A stretch of 64,000 nt of DNA from Trueperaceae bacterium (GCA_965214405.1 OZ243956.1:192001-256000), one strand, 5' to 3'; shown: positions 1 to 10,091, numbered from the stretch's first letter. Notes: generated by a model not told the origin, from the letters alone. Numbers and translations are program-made.

Positions 1-944
1 AGCACAGCCTCGTCGGTCGCAACCCCGACCGCCTGGAGCGCGATGATGAGCGCGCCGAAAACGGGCTCGAGCCCACTTCTCAAGACGCGCAAGTCGGGCG
101 TGTCCTCTTGAACTCGAGCCACGAGAGCGTCTGTTAAACGTGCCGAGGGATGCCTGAACACGCCGCCTGTGAGCACCAAACTAAAGGGCTGCGCCTCAAT
201 CCCGACCTGCCGCGCGGCGGCGAGCGCGGTGTCGCCGAGCGCCCTAGCGTGCGCCGTGACAATCTGCCGGGCCACCGTATCACCTTTGTCGGCTTCGCTT
301 AGCAGGGTGCGGGTGAGGCCGGACCAGCGCGAGGGGTGGGGTTTGGCTCGAGCGGTGTAGAGGTGGAGCGCCGCCTCGACGTCGGGCACCCCCAGGACCG
401 CCAACACCGACTCGGTCAGCGCGGTGGGTGGGCCGATGCCGAGCTGCGCCCGGAACACAGCGCGCAGCGTTTTGACGCTCAGCTCAAAACCGCCCTGGGT
501 CTCTTGCCAAAAGGAGCTGTGCCACAGCTCACCCTTCACGCCGCGCGCCCCCGTCGCCGCGCCCGTGCCGCACGCGACGACCACGCCGGGGCCGGTAGGC
601 AGCCCCGCGTAGAGCGCGCCGACCGCGTCGTTAACGACGCGCAGCGGGGTGAGGCCGTCCGCGTGCAGGGTCGCGCGGATGAGGTCGAAGTCCTCGGGCC
701 AATCTGCACCCGACATGCTGAACACGCTGTGGGCCGGGGGGCCGCGCAGACCGGCCTCGCCAAGCGCGGCCCCCACCGCGGTCCGGACTGCGTCAAACGC
801 CGCCGCTTCACCGTCATAAATATCGCCCGGCCCCCCGCGTCCTGCGCCGACGACGCAACCATCTAGGCTCGCCACCAGGGCGACGGTTTTGCTGCTGCCG
901 CCGTCTACGCCCAGGACATAGCGTTTAACATCGCGTTCAGCCAC
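1..944 (-). CDS. N-acetylglucosamine kinase-like sugar kinase, BadF/BadG/BcrA/BcrD ATPase family (runs off window start)
   Basis: Not in the ORF track. Manual translation from GTG at 944 gives MAERDVKRYVLGVDGGSSKTVALVA (ASKHA phosphate-1 motif), later VVNDAVGAL. Overlaps the nagB stop. Confidence 0.85.
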   Translation of the reverse strand, partial: MAERDVKRYVLGVDGGSSKTVALVASLDGCVVGAGRGGPGDIYDGEAAAFDAVRTAVGAALGEAGLRGPPAHSVFSMSGADWPEDFDLIRATLHADGLTPLRVVNDAVGALYAGLPTGPGVVVACGTGAATGARGVKGELWHSSFWQETQGGFELSVKTLRAVFRAQLGIGPPTALTESVLAVLGVPDVEAALHLYTARAKPHPSRWSGLTRTLLSEADKGDTVARQIVTAHARALGDTALAAARQVGIEAQPFSLVLTGGVFRHPSARLTDALVARVQEDTPDLRVLRSGLEPVFGALIIALQAVGVATDEAV

Positions 945-1743
945 GCCCGCTCCAGGCGGCGCGGTCCACGAGCACCGTGACGTCTTTCGCCGTTTGCAAG
1001 TATGAGGCGGGAACGTCCGGGGTGACGGGGCCGTAAAGGGTCTGGTGGAGGATGTCGTGCTTGTGCGCCCCTGAAACGAGCAGCAGGATTTTCTTTGTAG
1101 CGAGCAGGAGGTCCATACCCGCGGTCATGGCCCCTCTCGGCACGCGTTCGCGCCCGCCCCAGTAGCGGGCGTTGCTCTCTACGCTCGCCTCTGTAAGGGT
1201 GACGACGCGCGTCTTGTCGGTCGGCCTCGAGGGCGGCTCGTTGAAGCCTAAGTGCCCGTTGGGACCCAGACCCAACACGGCTAGGTCGAAGCCGCCCGCG
1301 CTCACCACCGCCGCCTCATAGGCGCGGCACGCGCCCGCCGGGTCGGGGCTGTCGCCGGGCAGCCTCACCACGCGCTGGTCTTCGATACCCAGCGGGTCCA
1401 AAAAGGACCTTTTCGTCCAGCCGTAGAGCGAGCGTGGGTCGTCGGGGGCGAGCCCCAGATAGGCGTCGAGCTGAAACACGGTGAGCTGACCCGCGTCGAA
1501 CGCACCCTCGGCCCGTTTTTCAGCGAGCGCTTGGTAGAGCCCCATCGGGGTGCGGCCCGTTGCCACGACCACGTTACTAAGTTGACCGGGCCTAGCGGCG
1601 TCCGGCTTGCCGCGCAAAACGTCCACCACGAACTCCGCCCCCGCGCGGCTCAGCGCGTCGTAATCTTCTTCGATGACGAGATTCAGGGCTGACGCGGCCT
1701 CTTTGGGCATGTTTTTGGAGATATCTTCAGGCATAGGCTTCAT
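937..1743 (-). CDS. nagB: Glucosamine-6-phosphate deaminase
   Basis: ATGRTP, FQLDAY, DLAVLGLGPNGHLGFNEP and VPASYLQ motifs. Confidence 0.9.
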   Translation of the reverse strand: MKPMPEDISKNMPKEAASALNLVIEEDYDALSRAGAEFVVDVLRGKPDAARPGQLSNVVVATGRTPMGLYQALAEKRAEGAFDAGQLTVFQLDAYLGLAPDDPRSLYGWTKRSFLDPLGIEDQRVVRLPGDSPDPAGACRAYEAAVVSAGGFDLAVLGLGPNGHLGFNEPPSRPTDKTRVVTLTEASVESNARYWGGRERVPRGAMTAGMDLLLATKKILLLVSGAHKHDILHQTLYGPVTPDVPASYLQTAKDVTVLVDRAAWSGRG

Positions 1744-2714
1744 GGGCTCACCCGTCCCTCTGAACTTCTGGAGGACGCCTCGTCAACGTTTGAACACCGA
1801 CTCTCGAGAAACGCCGTCATCACCCCTTCAATGGCCGTGATGGCCTTGTAGTCTTTGACCCCCTGCGGCGAACTGCGCACCACGTTGAGGATGCGGCGCG
1901 CTCGCTCCGGGTCTTTTGCCTCCTCCGCCAGCGAGCTGTTGTAAGTGTGAATCCCAAAAAGAACGTCGCCGGAGCGGGGCAAGCGGGTAAAGGTCTGCCG
2001 CTCGATGCGGATGAAAACCTCGCGGCCCGCCGCCTCGAGCGTGAGCGCGGGCGCGCGTCTGGCGAAGTGGGCCTTGTACGCCGCCTTGTGTTTGGTGGTC
2101 AAGTCGAGTTGGTCGGTCAGCTTAAAGTTCCAACTCAGACGCCACAGCGTCCGGCCCGCCTTGATGCTCTGGAGCAGGCGGTGGCCCGCGCCCACCGACG
2201 GCATGGTGGCCTGCGGCGTGCGGGTATGAATGGTCATGAACGATTTGTCGATGCGGTCGGGGATGGCCCAGCCGTTCGCAAAGCAGAGCTGACCCCCATA
2301 AAACTCAGCGTCACCCTCGCCCCTTACGAGGACGAGGTCTTCTTGAACCTGCCGCCCTGCAAAGTCTAGGGGCTCGAGCCCCAGGGTCCGCGCGTCGCCA
2401 AAGGTAAACACTGTTTCTTCACCTAAAAGATGGTTGGTAAAACGCCACTCACGTCCCTCTTGCGCAAGGCTGAATTTTTCAGGATACTTCGCCGCCACAT
2501 CCGTCAGCACCAGTTCCAGCACGTCCCACTGCGCCGCCAGCGTCTCTTCGCCGCCCGCGAAGTAGTAGGCGGGGTCGGCCTCGAGCAGGCTCTTCTTCAA
2601 ACCCACCTCGGTTAGGTAGTGTTCATCCACGTCGCAGAGCGCCTCGTCCGCGCCCAGCGCGCGCCCGCCCATCCGCGCGTCGAATGTCTCGCCAAAGGGA
2701 AAGAATCGCAGCAT
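1740..2714 (-). CDS. DUF3445 / heme-dependent oxidative N-demethylase alpha-subunit-like protein
   Basis: QVQEDLVL, LCFANGW, IH..TP, R..W, RIERQTFTRLPRSG..LFGIHTY motifs. Confidence 0.85.
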   Translation of the reverse strand: MLRFFPFGETFDARMGGRALGADEALCDVDEHYLTEVGLKKSLLEADPAYYFAGGEETLAAQWDVLELVLTDVAAKYPEKFSLAQEGREWRFTNHLLGEETVFTFGDARTLGLEPLDFAGRQVQEDLVLVRGEGDAEFYGGQLCFANGWAIPDRIDKSFMTIHTRTPQATMPSVGAGHRLLQSIKAGRTLWRLSWNFKLTDQLDLTTKHKAAYKAHFARRAPALTLEAAGREVFIRIERQTFTRLPRSGDVLFGIHTYNSSLAEEAKDPERARRILNVVRSSPQGVKDYKAITAIEGVMTAFLESRCSNVDEASSRSSEGRVSP

Positions 2715-2723
2715 CAGCGCCCC

Positions 2724-4019
2724 CTAGCTGAGGAGTCTTTCGGGGAGATGGTCTTTGAGCGCCGCGGACATTTCATCATATAAAGCTTCGGCCTTGCTCA
2801 GCGACAGCACCAGCGGGTTGGCCGCGAGCGCGCGCACCGCGTCCTTGCGCGTCCCGCTCCAGGCGGCGCTCGCGCTCAGCGCCTGGTACTCGCCCAACAT
2901 TTTGGTGAGCCCCGCGACGTGCTTGGGCAGGTGGCCGTACGCAATAGGCGTAACGCCGTTGCGGTCAACCAAACCCGGCACCTCGACCACCAAATCGTCC
3001 GGAAAGTCCGCAATGGCTCCGTTGTTGGGCACATTGACCGGCCAGACCTCCTCGCGGTCGTTGTAACACGCGTCCATCACGTCGATGGCAAGCTCGAGTT
3101 CATGAATGCCGCCCCGCGACAAGTTCGGGTCGAGCTTGGGGTTGTCCATTTCCGCCTGCTCGCGGTAGTGCCGCCAGTAGTCGGGAACCGACGCCATGAT
3201 GTCCTGGGCGCGGGTGGTGGGTTTGCCGCGAAGGTCTTCCATAATCTCGTCGCGGTAGTAGTAGTAAAGGAAATACTGCGCGGGCACGCTCTCCATTGTG
3301 GCGGTCAGCTCGAGCAAGTGTTTACCTCGAGGGTCCATATCCGTATCTTGTTTGCGCTCGTACGCCGCCTTGACCAGCTCGATAAAATCCTCCCCGTCGT
3401 ACGTGTGCCGCACCGACCAAGAGGCGTGGTTGAGGCCAATCATGACCGTATCGACCTTGTCGGGGTCTAAGTCTGCAAACAGCGCAGTCTCACGGGGGAA
3501 GGTGATGGGGCCTTCGCACAAAGACACCGTGGGGATGTGCGTGTTGTGCGTGACCGCCTCGGCGATAATGTTGACGGGGTTGGTGTAGTTGAAAAGCCGC
3601 GCGTCGGGACAGACCTCTTCCATGTCTTGAATGATGCTTTTCATGATGTGAACGGAGCGCAACGCCATAAAGAAGCCCCCCGGCCCCTGCGTCTCCTGCC
3701 CAATGACGCCGTGCTTTAGGGGAATGCTCTCGTCTAAATAACGCGCCTCGAAGCCGCCGGGGCGGTAGCTCGAGAGTACCGCCTGGGCGTCCCGCAGCCC
3801 GTCGCGCCGGTTGGTGGTGGTCGAGACGGTAAGCTCGAGCCCCCTCGCACCAATCATCTTGTCGGCCAACTTTTTGACCAGCTCGAGGCGCTCCTCATCA
3901 AGGTCAATCAGCACGATTTCGGAACCCACAAAGTTCTCGCCCTGCTCGATAAACGACGCCAGCGTGCCGGGGCCGCGCGTGCTGCCGCCGCCGATGTACG
4001 CAATTTTTATTCCTGCCAC
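2724..4019 (-). CDS. Glycoside hydrolase family 4 (6-phospho-beta-glucosidase-like)
   Basis: IAYIGGGS NAD-binding motif, QETQGPGG, NYTNP, LCE, GLNH. Confidence 0.92.
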   Translation of the reverse strand: MAGIKIAYIGGGSTRGPGTLASFIEQGENFVGSEIVLIDLDEERLELVKKLADKMIGARGLELTVSTTTNRRDGLRDAQAVLSSYRPGGFEARYLDESIPLKHGVIGQETQGPGGFFMALRSVHIMKSIIQDMEEVCPDARLFNYTNPVNIIAEAVTHNTHIPTVSLCEGPITFPRETALFADLDPDKVDTVMIGLNHASWSVRHTYDGEDFIELVKAAYERKQDTDMDPRGKHLLELTATMESVPAQYFLYYYYRDEIMEDLRGKPTTRAQDIMASVPDYWRHYREQAEMDNPKLDPNLSRGGIHELELAIDVMDACYNDREEVWPVNVPNNGAIADFPDDLVVEVPGLVDRNGVTPIAYGHLPKHVAGLTKMLGEYQALSASAAWSGTRKDAVRALAANPLVLSLSKAEALYDEMSAALKDHLPERLLS

Positions 4020-4093
4020 ACTGTCTCTACTTTCACTGTCTCCACTTTCATAACCACCTCTACCACCGTTTCCCTTAGCCTCACCATACCCCC

Positions 4094-5254
4094 CTAAAAA
4101 CTCGTCCGGAGTGTTTGCGTTTCGCCCGTTTCCGCCGAGCGGTAGGCGGCCTCGATAATCTCGATCACGTGCCGCGCGTGCTCCGCCGTGACGGGTGAGG
4201 GCTTGTCGTCGCGCACCCAGTCCACAAGCTGCATGAGGTCTTCGAACACGTGCTGCTCCTCAATCTCACGGTGCGGCCCGACCACGTGCGGCAACAGCAT
4301 CTGCTGCCCGGTCATGCCGGGCGTCTGTGCGGCGAGTTCCCGACCGGGGTAGTCGATGGGCTGTTTATCGGTAAAACCCTTGACCAGCGTGAGCCCCTGG
4401 ATAAAACCCTCCGTGCCGAAGTAAGCCCCAATCCAGGGCATCCCGTCGCCGACCACGTTGTAAGAGCCGTGCCCCGCCACGCCAAAGGCGAGCCCAAAAA
4501 GCCCGTCGCCGTAGTCGAGCAGCATCAGCGTGTTGTCGTCGGCCTCGGTGGGAATCATCTTGCCCCGAAACTCACGCTCCTTGACGCGCGTGCCCGACAG
4601 GGCGGTCACGCGTTTGGCGGGTCCCATCACCGACGTACTCGCGTGGAGCGCGTACACCGTCGTGTCGTAAAGCGGGCCGCCGCCGGATTTACGAAAATAC
4701 CACGAGGGGTCGATGTTGCTCAAAACATCGTCGCCCTGCCTGGATTCCTCCGCCTCGTGATACGTGAGGGGCGCGGAGCCGTTCATAAACCAGGTAACCA
4801 AGCCGATGCTGCCGTCTTCGATGTGGCGCTTGACCGCCTGGAGTTGAGGCCGCAGCACCTCGCCGGGGGAGGCGACTATCTTGAGACCTTTTTCTTTGGC
4901 TAGCTCGATGAGTTCGGTGGCTTCGGCCTCGGTGGTGGTCATCGTTTTGTTGAAGTGGACGTGCTTGCCCGCCTCCAAAGCCTTTTTCCCCTGTTCAAAA
5001 TGCAAGCCGATGGGCGAAGCGATGGTCACGGCGTCCAGGTCAGCTTCTTTGAGCATCTCCTCATAGCTCATGAAATGCTGCGGCACGCCGTACTTTTTGG
5101 CGGCGGCCTCGGCGCGCTCCGGGAAAGGGTCGCAGACGGCTTGCAGCGTGACCCGGTCTTGCACATCGTCTTGGCTTAGGTGCGGCAGGATGCCGCGTAG
5201 GGCAATCGTACCTGCGCCAACGACACCCATCTTGACTATATTTGACATGCACAC
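4094..5254 (-). CDS. Gfo/Idh/MocA family oxidoreductase
   Basis: GVVGAGTIA Rossmann motif, GKHV.NK, GGGPLYD, EAAYRSAETG C-terminus. Confidence 0.9.
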   Translation of the reverse strand: MCMSNIVKMGVVGAGTIALRGILPHLSQDDVQDRVTLQAVCDPFPERAEAAAKKYGVPQHFMSYEEMLKEADLDAVTIASPIGLHFEQGKKALEAGKHVHFNKTMTTTEAEATELIELAKEKGLKIVASPGEVLRPQLQAVKRHIEDGSIGLVTWFMNGSAPLTYHEAEESRQGDDVLSNIDPSWYFRKSGGGPLYDTTVYALHASTSVMGPAKRVTALSGTRVKEREFRGKMIPTEADDNTLMLLDYGDGLFGLAFGVAGHGSYNVVGDGMPWIGAYFGTEGFIQGLTLVKGFTDKQPIDYPGRELAAQTPGMTGQQMLLPHVVGPHREIEEQHVFEDLMQLVDWVRDDKPSPVTAEHARHVIEIIEAAYRSAETGETQTLRTSF

Positions 5255-5385
5255 TCCTTTTTGCGTTTGAGAAACCTGATGTTTAAGGGTTAAACTATTT
5301 GTACGAGTTTTGTTCGAGCATTTGGGTTGGAGACGGGCTCGAGCCCCTCCCCCTATCGTCCCAGCATCTTCTCACATCCCCGTGC

Positions 5386-6336
5386 TCACTTGAGCGCCCC
5401 CAGCGTGAGACCGTCGATGAGTTGTCGGCGGAAAATCAAAAAGATAACGATGATGGGCAGCGTCGCCACCACCGAGCCCGCCATCGTCAGGGGGTTGGGC
5501 CGCGCCGCCGCGCCCTCGACCACCGACAAAAAGACGGGCATGGTGTAGCGCGCCTCGCTCCGCAGCACGACCAGGGGCCATAAAAAGTCGCTCCAGGAGG
5601 TGATGAACAAGATGATCGCCAGCACGCCCAGCGCGGGTCTGCTTAGAGGTAGAGCAATACGCCAAAAGAGACCCAGACCGCTGCACCCGTCGATGCGGCC
5701 CTGGTCCAAAAGCTCGCTCGGCAGGCTCTGCATATATTGGCGCATCCAGAACACGCCAAAGGCGTTGGCGGCAAGCGGGATCACGAGCGCCTGGTAGGTG
5801 TCAATCCAGCCGATGTCGCGCATGATGTAAAAAAGAGGAATGAGCGTGACCGCGGGCGGAATCATCATCGTAAAAAGCACCGTCAAGAACAGAACCTGGC
5901 GGCCCGGAAACCGGTATTTGGCAAAGACAAAGCCCGCCATCGAGCATAAAAGAAGGGCCAAAACGGTGTAGGCGAGCCCGACGCCGAGGCTGTTAAAGAA
6001 GGTCCGCAAAAAAGGCGTGTTGAAGTTGAGCACCACGAAACCCGAAATGGGGATGTCGCGGCCCGTCGAGAAGAGGTCGCGGTAGTTTTGCAGCGTCAAA
6101 TTGGTGGGCCAGTACGTCTCAAACATGTCCCCTATGCGCCGGAGCGAGGCCAGCGACATGGCGTAGAGCGGAAACAGCGAGGCGAGCGCCGCCACCGCGA
6201 GCGCCGCGTAGCCCGTCACCACAAGGAGAATGGGCCTCGAGGGTTTGGCTTTTGGAGGATTCGTCATACCGTTCCTTTGATGTCCCGTCCTTGAAAGACG
6301 CTGTTCTCGAGGTGACCCGGTTCTATACGTTTTCAT
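5386..6336 (-). CDS. Carbohydrate ABC transporter permease (MalG-like)
   Basis: TM helices; EAA-like loop ELLDQGRIDGC. Confidence 0.92.
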   Translation of the reverse strand: MKTYRTGSPREQRLSRTGHQRNGMTNPPKAKPSRPILLVVTGYAALAVAALASLFPLYAMSLASLRRIGDMFETYWPTNLTLQNYRDLFSTGRDIPISGFVVLNFNTPFLRTFFNSLGVGLAYTVLALLLCSMAGFVFAKYRFPGRQVLFLTVLFTMMIPPAVTLIPLFYIMRDIGWIDTYQALVIPLAANAFGVFWMRQYMQSLPSELLDQGRIDGCSGLGLFWRIALPLSRPALGVLAIILFITSWSDFLWPLVVLRSEARYTMPVFLSVVEGAAARPNPLTMAGSVVATLPIIVIFLIFRRQLIDGLTLGALK

Positions 6337-6345
6337 ATATCCCGC

Positions 6346-7263
6346 TCAACTATCCTGCCCGCCAAAAAAGCGGAGCTGCACGAGCGAGAGAACGAACACG
6401 ACCACCGTAATAAAATAGGCAATGGCCGAGCCGTAGCCAAACTTGAAGTATTGAAACGCGGTTTGGTAGAGGTAGAGCCCCAGCGTGGGCGCGCTGTCGG
6501 GGGCCAAAATGTAGGGTTCGGTAAAGAGTTGCAGCGCGCCGATGGTCGAGGTGATGGACACAAACAGCAGAACGGAGCGGAGCATCGGGAGAGTGATAAA
6601 GAGCAGCTTTTGCGCGCCGTTGGCCCCGTCGAGCGTCGCCGCCTCGTAGAGGTCGCTCGGAATCCCTTTAAGACCTGCGAGCACGATGAGCGTGTTGTAA
6701 CCCGTCCAGCGCCAGTTGATGATTCCGGCTATTGACAAACGCGCCCAGCCCGTCTCGTCGAGCCAGGGAACGGCGGGCAGCCTGAGGCTAGCCAGCGCCT
6801 CGTTCACCACGCCATAATTCGTGCTGAGCAGCATGTTGAACACGATAGCGATGACGACGGTCGCGGTCACCGAGGGTAAAAACACCGACACTTGCCAGAA
6901 GCCCTTGAACTTAACCCAGCGGGCGTCGATAAGGACCGCCAAGAGCAGCGAAAGAAACGTGACGGGCACCACGTGGCCGAGGCCGATGAGCAGGGTGTTA
7001 ACGAGCACGCGCAGAAACTGCGGGTCGGTGAAGAGGAGTTGGTAGTTCTCGAGGCCGATAAAGGTGCGCACGCCCATGCCCGGCCAGTCGAAAAAACTGA
7101 TATAAAAGGCGAACAGGATGGGGAACAACAAGAACACGGCGAAGGTGACGAAAAAGGGTGCTAACAGCGCGTAAGCCGCCGCGTACTTGCGGAAACTCCT
7201 TAGAACGCCGGGCCGCTTGGGCGACGCGGGTCCGCGTCGCCCAAGCTGGCTCTCACCCATCAC
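6346..7263 (-). CDS. Carbohydrate ABC transporter permease (MalF-like)
   Basis: GLENY, LYEAATLDGA EAA motif. Confidence 0.92.
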   Translation of the reverse strand: MMGESQLGRRGPASPKRPGVLRSFRKYAAAYALLAPFFVTFAVFLLFPILFAFYISFFDWPGMGVRTFIGLENYQLLFTDPQFLRVLVNTLLIGLGHVVPVTFLSLLLAVLIDARWVKFKGFWQVSVFLPSVTATVVIAIVFNMLLSTNYGVVNEALASLRLPAVPWLDETGWARLSIAGIINWRWTGYNTLIVLAGLKGIPSDLYEAATLDGANGAQKLLFITLPMLRSVLLFVSITSTIGALQLFTEPYILAPDSAPTLGLYLYQTAFQYFKFGYGSAIAYFITVVVFVLSLVQLRFFGGQDS

Positions 7264-7294
7264 GCTTTTTTACCCCCGTGGGAACGCGTCATGG

Positions 7295-8626
7295 TCAGTT
7301 CAACCGCAGCTTGTTCGTGATTTCTCTGGCGGCGGCCTCCAGCGCCTCGTCACAGGTTGCCTGACCTTCAAAGGCGGGGGCTAGGTTTCGCTCTAAGATG
7401 GTTTGCGCCTCCGCGTAGTCGGGGTGAACTCTGATGGACACGTCGAATTTGGCGTTGGAGTCGGCGAAGACCTCTCGGACAGGCTGGTCGCCAAAGTACG
7501 CGTCGGGTTCGCTGAAAACGGGCGCGTCCAGCACGTCCGGCGTGATCATGCTCGGGAATAAATCGCCTTGCGTGTACTGGATGAGCTGCCCCTCGGGGGT
7601 GAGTTCGGCGTACTCGACAAAGGCCCAGGCGAGGTCTTTATTTTGCGAGCCGCTGGGGATGACGAGCGCGGAGCCGAAGTCGTAGCCCTGAACCGCGTAG
7701 GAACCCCCCTCGGTGATCGAGGGCCAGCGCGTGACCGCAAAACGGCCCGCCTGGTCCGGGGCGCCGCTCCGCAAGATGCCGCCCATCCACACGGCTTGAG
7801 GGACGGACGCCCAGGTGCCGTTGTTAAAGCCGTCGATCCAGGCTTGCTCAAATATGGGCGCGTTCCCAGCGATGCCCGCCTCAAAAATTCGCTTGGTGAC
7901 GTCGCAGGCCGTTTTGAACGCGTCGCTGCCCAAGTTGAGGCTTAAATCGTCCTTAAAAATACCCGCGCCCTGCTCGAGCGCGATCATCTCCCACAGAAAC
8001 CGCGCCTGTTCAGGCCTGGCGGGGAGCATGAAGACGTCTCCGCCACTCGCCTCCAAGATTTTTTGGCCCGCCTCGATGTAGCCGTCCCAGGTGGTGATGT
8101 CGTCTGGGCTGACGCCGTACTCGTCAAAAATGTCGCGGTTATAAAACACGGCGGTCGGACCCGCGTCCCAGGGGACGCCCCAGACCTCTCCCTCTGGTCC
8201 CGTGACGAACGAACGCTTGAACGGCATGATGCTGTCGGCAAAGGGGGCGAAACGTTCGCTCAGGTCGGTGAGCCCGCCCGTGGAGCCGAACTTGATGACT
8301 CGAGCGTCCGCCAAACCCGACACGTCGGGCGCGCCCACGCCCGAAGAGAGCGCGGTGAGCAGCTTGGTGTGAACGTCTTCAAAACCGAGGGTCGTGATGT
8401 TGACTGCTATGTCGGGGTATTTTTCGTTAAAGCTCGGGAGAAGCGCCTTGAGCGGTCCGTCCGCGCCCGGCCAGGCCCACACCTCAATGGAGCCCGAAAG
8501 CGAGTCCTGCGCCGCCGCTTGACCCAAGAAGAGAACGGTCAAACCGATGAGGACAAGACTAACCGTCTTGTTTAAGCGCCTTTTTGCCCTGACTCTCTTT
8601 TGCGTTTTGGTAACTTGTGTTTCCAC
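7295..8626 (-). CDS. Sugar ABC transporter substrate-binding protein
   Basis: Signal peptide ending AAA-Q; PDV, GVPW, YNRDIF..TTWD motifs. Confidence 0.92.
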   Translation of the reverse strand: METQVTKTQKRVRAKRRLNKTVSLVLIGLTVLFLGQAAAQDSLSGSIEVWAWPGADGPLKALLPSFNEKYPDIAVNITTLGFEDVHTKLLTALSSGVGAPDVSGLADARVIKFGSTGGLTDLSERFAPFADSIMPFKRSFVTGPEGEVWGVPWDAGPTAVFYNRDIFDEYGVSPDDITTWDGYIEAGQKILEASGGDVFMLPARPEQARFLWEMIALEQGAGIFKDDLSLNLGSDAFKTACDVTKRIFEAGIAGNAPIFEQAWIDGFNNGTWASVPQAVWMGGILRSGAPDQAGRFAVTRWPSITEGGSYAVQGYDFGSALVIPSGSQNKDLAWAFVEYAELTPEGQLIQYTQGDLFPSMITPDVLDAPVFSEPDAYFGDQPVREVFADSNAKFDVSIRVHPDYAEAQTILERNLAPAFEGQATCDEALEAAAREITNKLRLN

Positions 8627-8685
8627 CCGTAAACCTCCCTGAATAAACTCTCACGTAAAGACGTACCAATCCGGATTCGCTCGGT

Positions 8686-9522
8686 TCAAGCCTCCTCTCG
8701 CAGCTCACGCGGCAAGGCGTTCTGCCAGGCGGTCGAGGTGAGTTCGAAGCGGTTGCCGGGGTAAACACATTCGCAGTATTCGATAACCTCCCCGGTGTCG
8801 AGAAACGTCGTTTGGTACGTGCGAAGCACCGCGGCCGGGTTTTCAAGCTCGAGCAACCCCGCCTCTTCGGTGCCCGCCAGACCGGCCTTAATGATCGTGT
8901 GGCCCTGGGTCAGGTTCAAGCCGTACGCCTGGCGCAACGTTTTGAACAGCGAGGCGGCGGAAAAGTCGCGGCGTAACAAGCCGGGGCAAAGGTGCTCGGG
9001 CAAATAGGCGGTCTGGACGGAAATGGGCTGACCCGACCAAAACCGGAGGCGCTTGAGTTTGGCAACGGGTGAAAATACGCGCAAGCCGAGGTGTTTGGCT
9101 AGTTTTTCTGAGGCCTCCAAGTGCTCGGCTGCCAGCACGAGAGAAGCGACGTCCATGAGGCCACGTCCGGCTTCGGCTTTGGTGTCCTGAACACCTGTAT
9201 GAAACTCGACGTCCAGCGCCCGCCGCTGCAAATCTTCGCTAAAGCCCGTGAAGGGCTCGAGCTTCTGCTCAAAAGGCCGCGCGACAAACGTCCCCTTACC
9301 CGACACCGCGTAGAGCTTGCCCTCGTGAACGAGGTCCGACAGCGTGCGCCGCGTGGTCGTGCGGCTCACGTTGTAGAGTTCGCAGAGTTCGCGCTCGGAA
9401 GGGATGCGGCTGTCAGCCGACCACGCGCCCGAACGAATATTTTCGGTGATGGCCTGTTTGAGCTGCAAATAAAGGGGTTCAGCCGCAGCCGAAGAAATTT
9501 TCTCTACCACGCGTCGCTCCAC
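8686..9522 (-). CDS. GntR/HutC-family regulator (NagR/DasR-like; wHTH + UTRA)
   Basis: PLYLQL, PSEREL..VSRTT, GKGTFV; C-terminal UTRA-type domain. Confidence 0.92.
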   Translation of the reverse strand: MERRVVEKISSAAAEPLYLQLKQAITENIRSGAWSADSRIPSERELCELYNVSRTTTRRTLSDLVHEGKLYAVSGKGTFVARPFEQKLEPFTGFSEDLQRRALDVEFHTGVQDTKAEAGRGLMDVASLVLAAEHLEASEKLAKHLGLRVFSPVAKLKRLRFWSGQPISVQTAYLPEHLCPGLLRRDFSAASLFKTLRQAYGLNLTQGHTIIKAGLAGTEEAGLLELENPAAVLRTYQTTFLDTGEVIEYCECVYPGNRFELTSTAWQNALPRELREEA

Positions 9523-9546
9523 TCGAGGCTCGAACTAGAGGTTGTA

Positions 9547-9562
9547 ACTGGTCATGACCAGT
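9547..9562. promoter_or_regulatory. dre-like HutC/GntR operator
   Basis: Perfect 16-bp palindrome ACTGGTCATGACCAGT, 25 bp upstream of the regulator that heads the operon. Resembles DasR/NagR boxes (TGGTCTAGACCA core). Confidence 0.75.
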
Positions 9563-9774
9563 CGTGGGTGAATGCAGCATCCTACCCGCACAACCCTGGC
9601 TTGTCAAGCATTCTAGCGCTTGTGAATGGGCTTAGCCCACGGGAGATTTGGTAGAGAGTTACATTTTATACGTGCTGGACGGGTTTAATGATGACACTGC
9701 TCGAGGGTAAGCTGGTGTCAGTGATTCGGCTTGGTTACTGCTCCCGCCGTTGTAAAGAAAGGTAGAACAGCAAC

Positions 9775-9805
9775 AAAAAAAGCGGCGCTAACAGCTAGCA
9801 CCGCC
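9775..9805 (-). terminator. Intrinsic terminator after csp
   Basis: Minus strand GGCGGTGCTAG-ctg-TTAGCGCCGC followed by a T7 run. Confidence 0.75.
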
Positions 9806-9839
9806 CTCGAGCGTTCTCTCGAGATTTAGATTTTTGTGT

Positions 9840-10091
9840 TTAGTAGCGCTGACGCTGCCCGCCGCTACGCTGCGGCGCGGGCGCGGCGCGAGTGACGCGC
9901 ACGTTTTTGGCCTGCAACCCTTTTTGGCCCTGCTCGACGTCGAAGTCGACCTCGTCGCCCTCATTGAGGCTGCGGTAGCCGTCCGACGCGATGGCCGAAA
10001 AGTGACAGAACACGTCCGCCCCTCCGTCGTCCTGAGCGATAAAACCAAAGCCTTTTTCGTTGTTAAACCACTTGACGGTGCCTGTTGCCAT
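9840..10091 (-). CDS. csp: Cold-shock protein
   Basis: [18 protein letters not shown] (RNP1), VFCHFSAI (RNP2). Confidence 0.97.
   Translation of the reverse strand: MATGTVKWFNNEKGFGFIAQDDGGADVFCHFSAIASDGYRSLNEGDEVDFDVEQGQKGLQAKNVRVTRAAPAPQRSGGQRQRY

Noticed and set aside
169..866. Many long overlapping or antisense ORFs here and throughout the track
   Set aside because: Shadow ORFs expected in high-GC DNA opposite well-supported genes.
4020..4050. Tandem 15-bp duplication CTGTCTCyACTTTCA before the GH4 start
   Set aside because: Two copies only; likely a slippage duplication of the RBS region.
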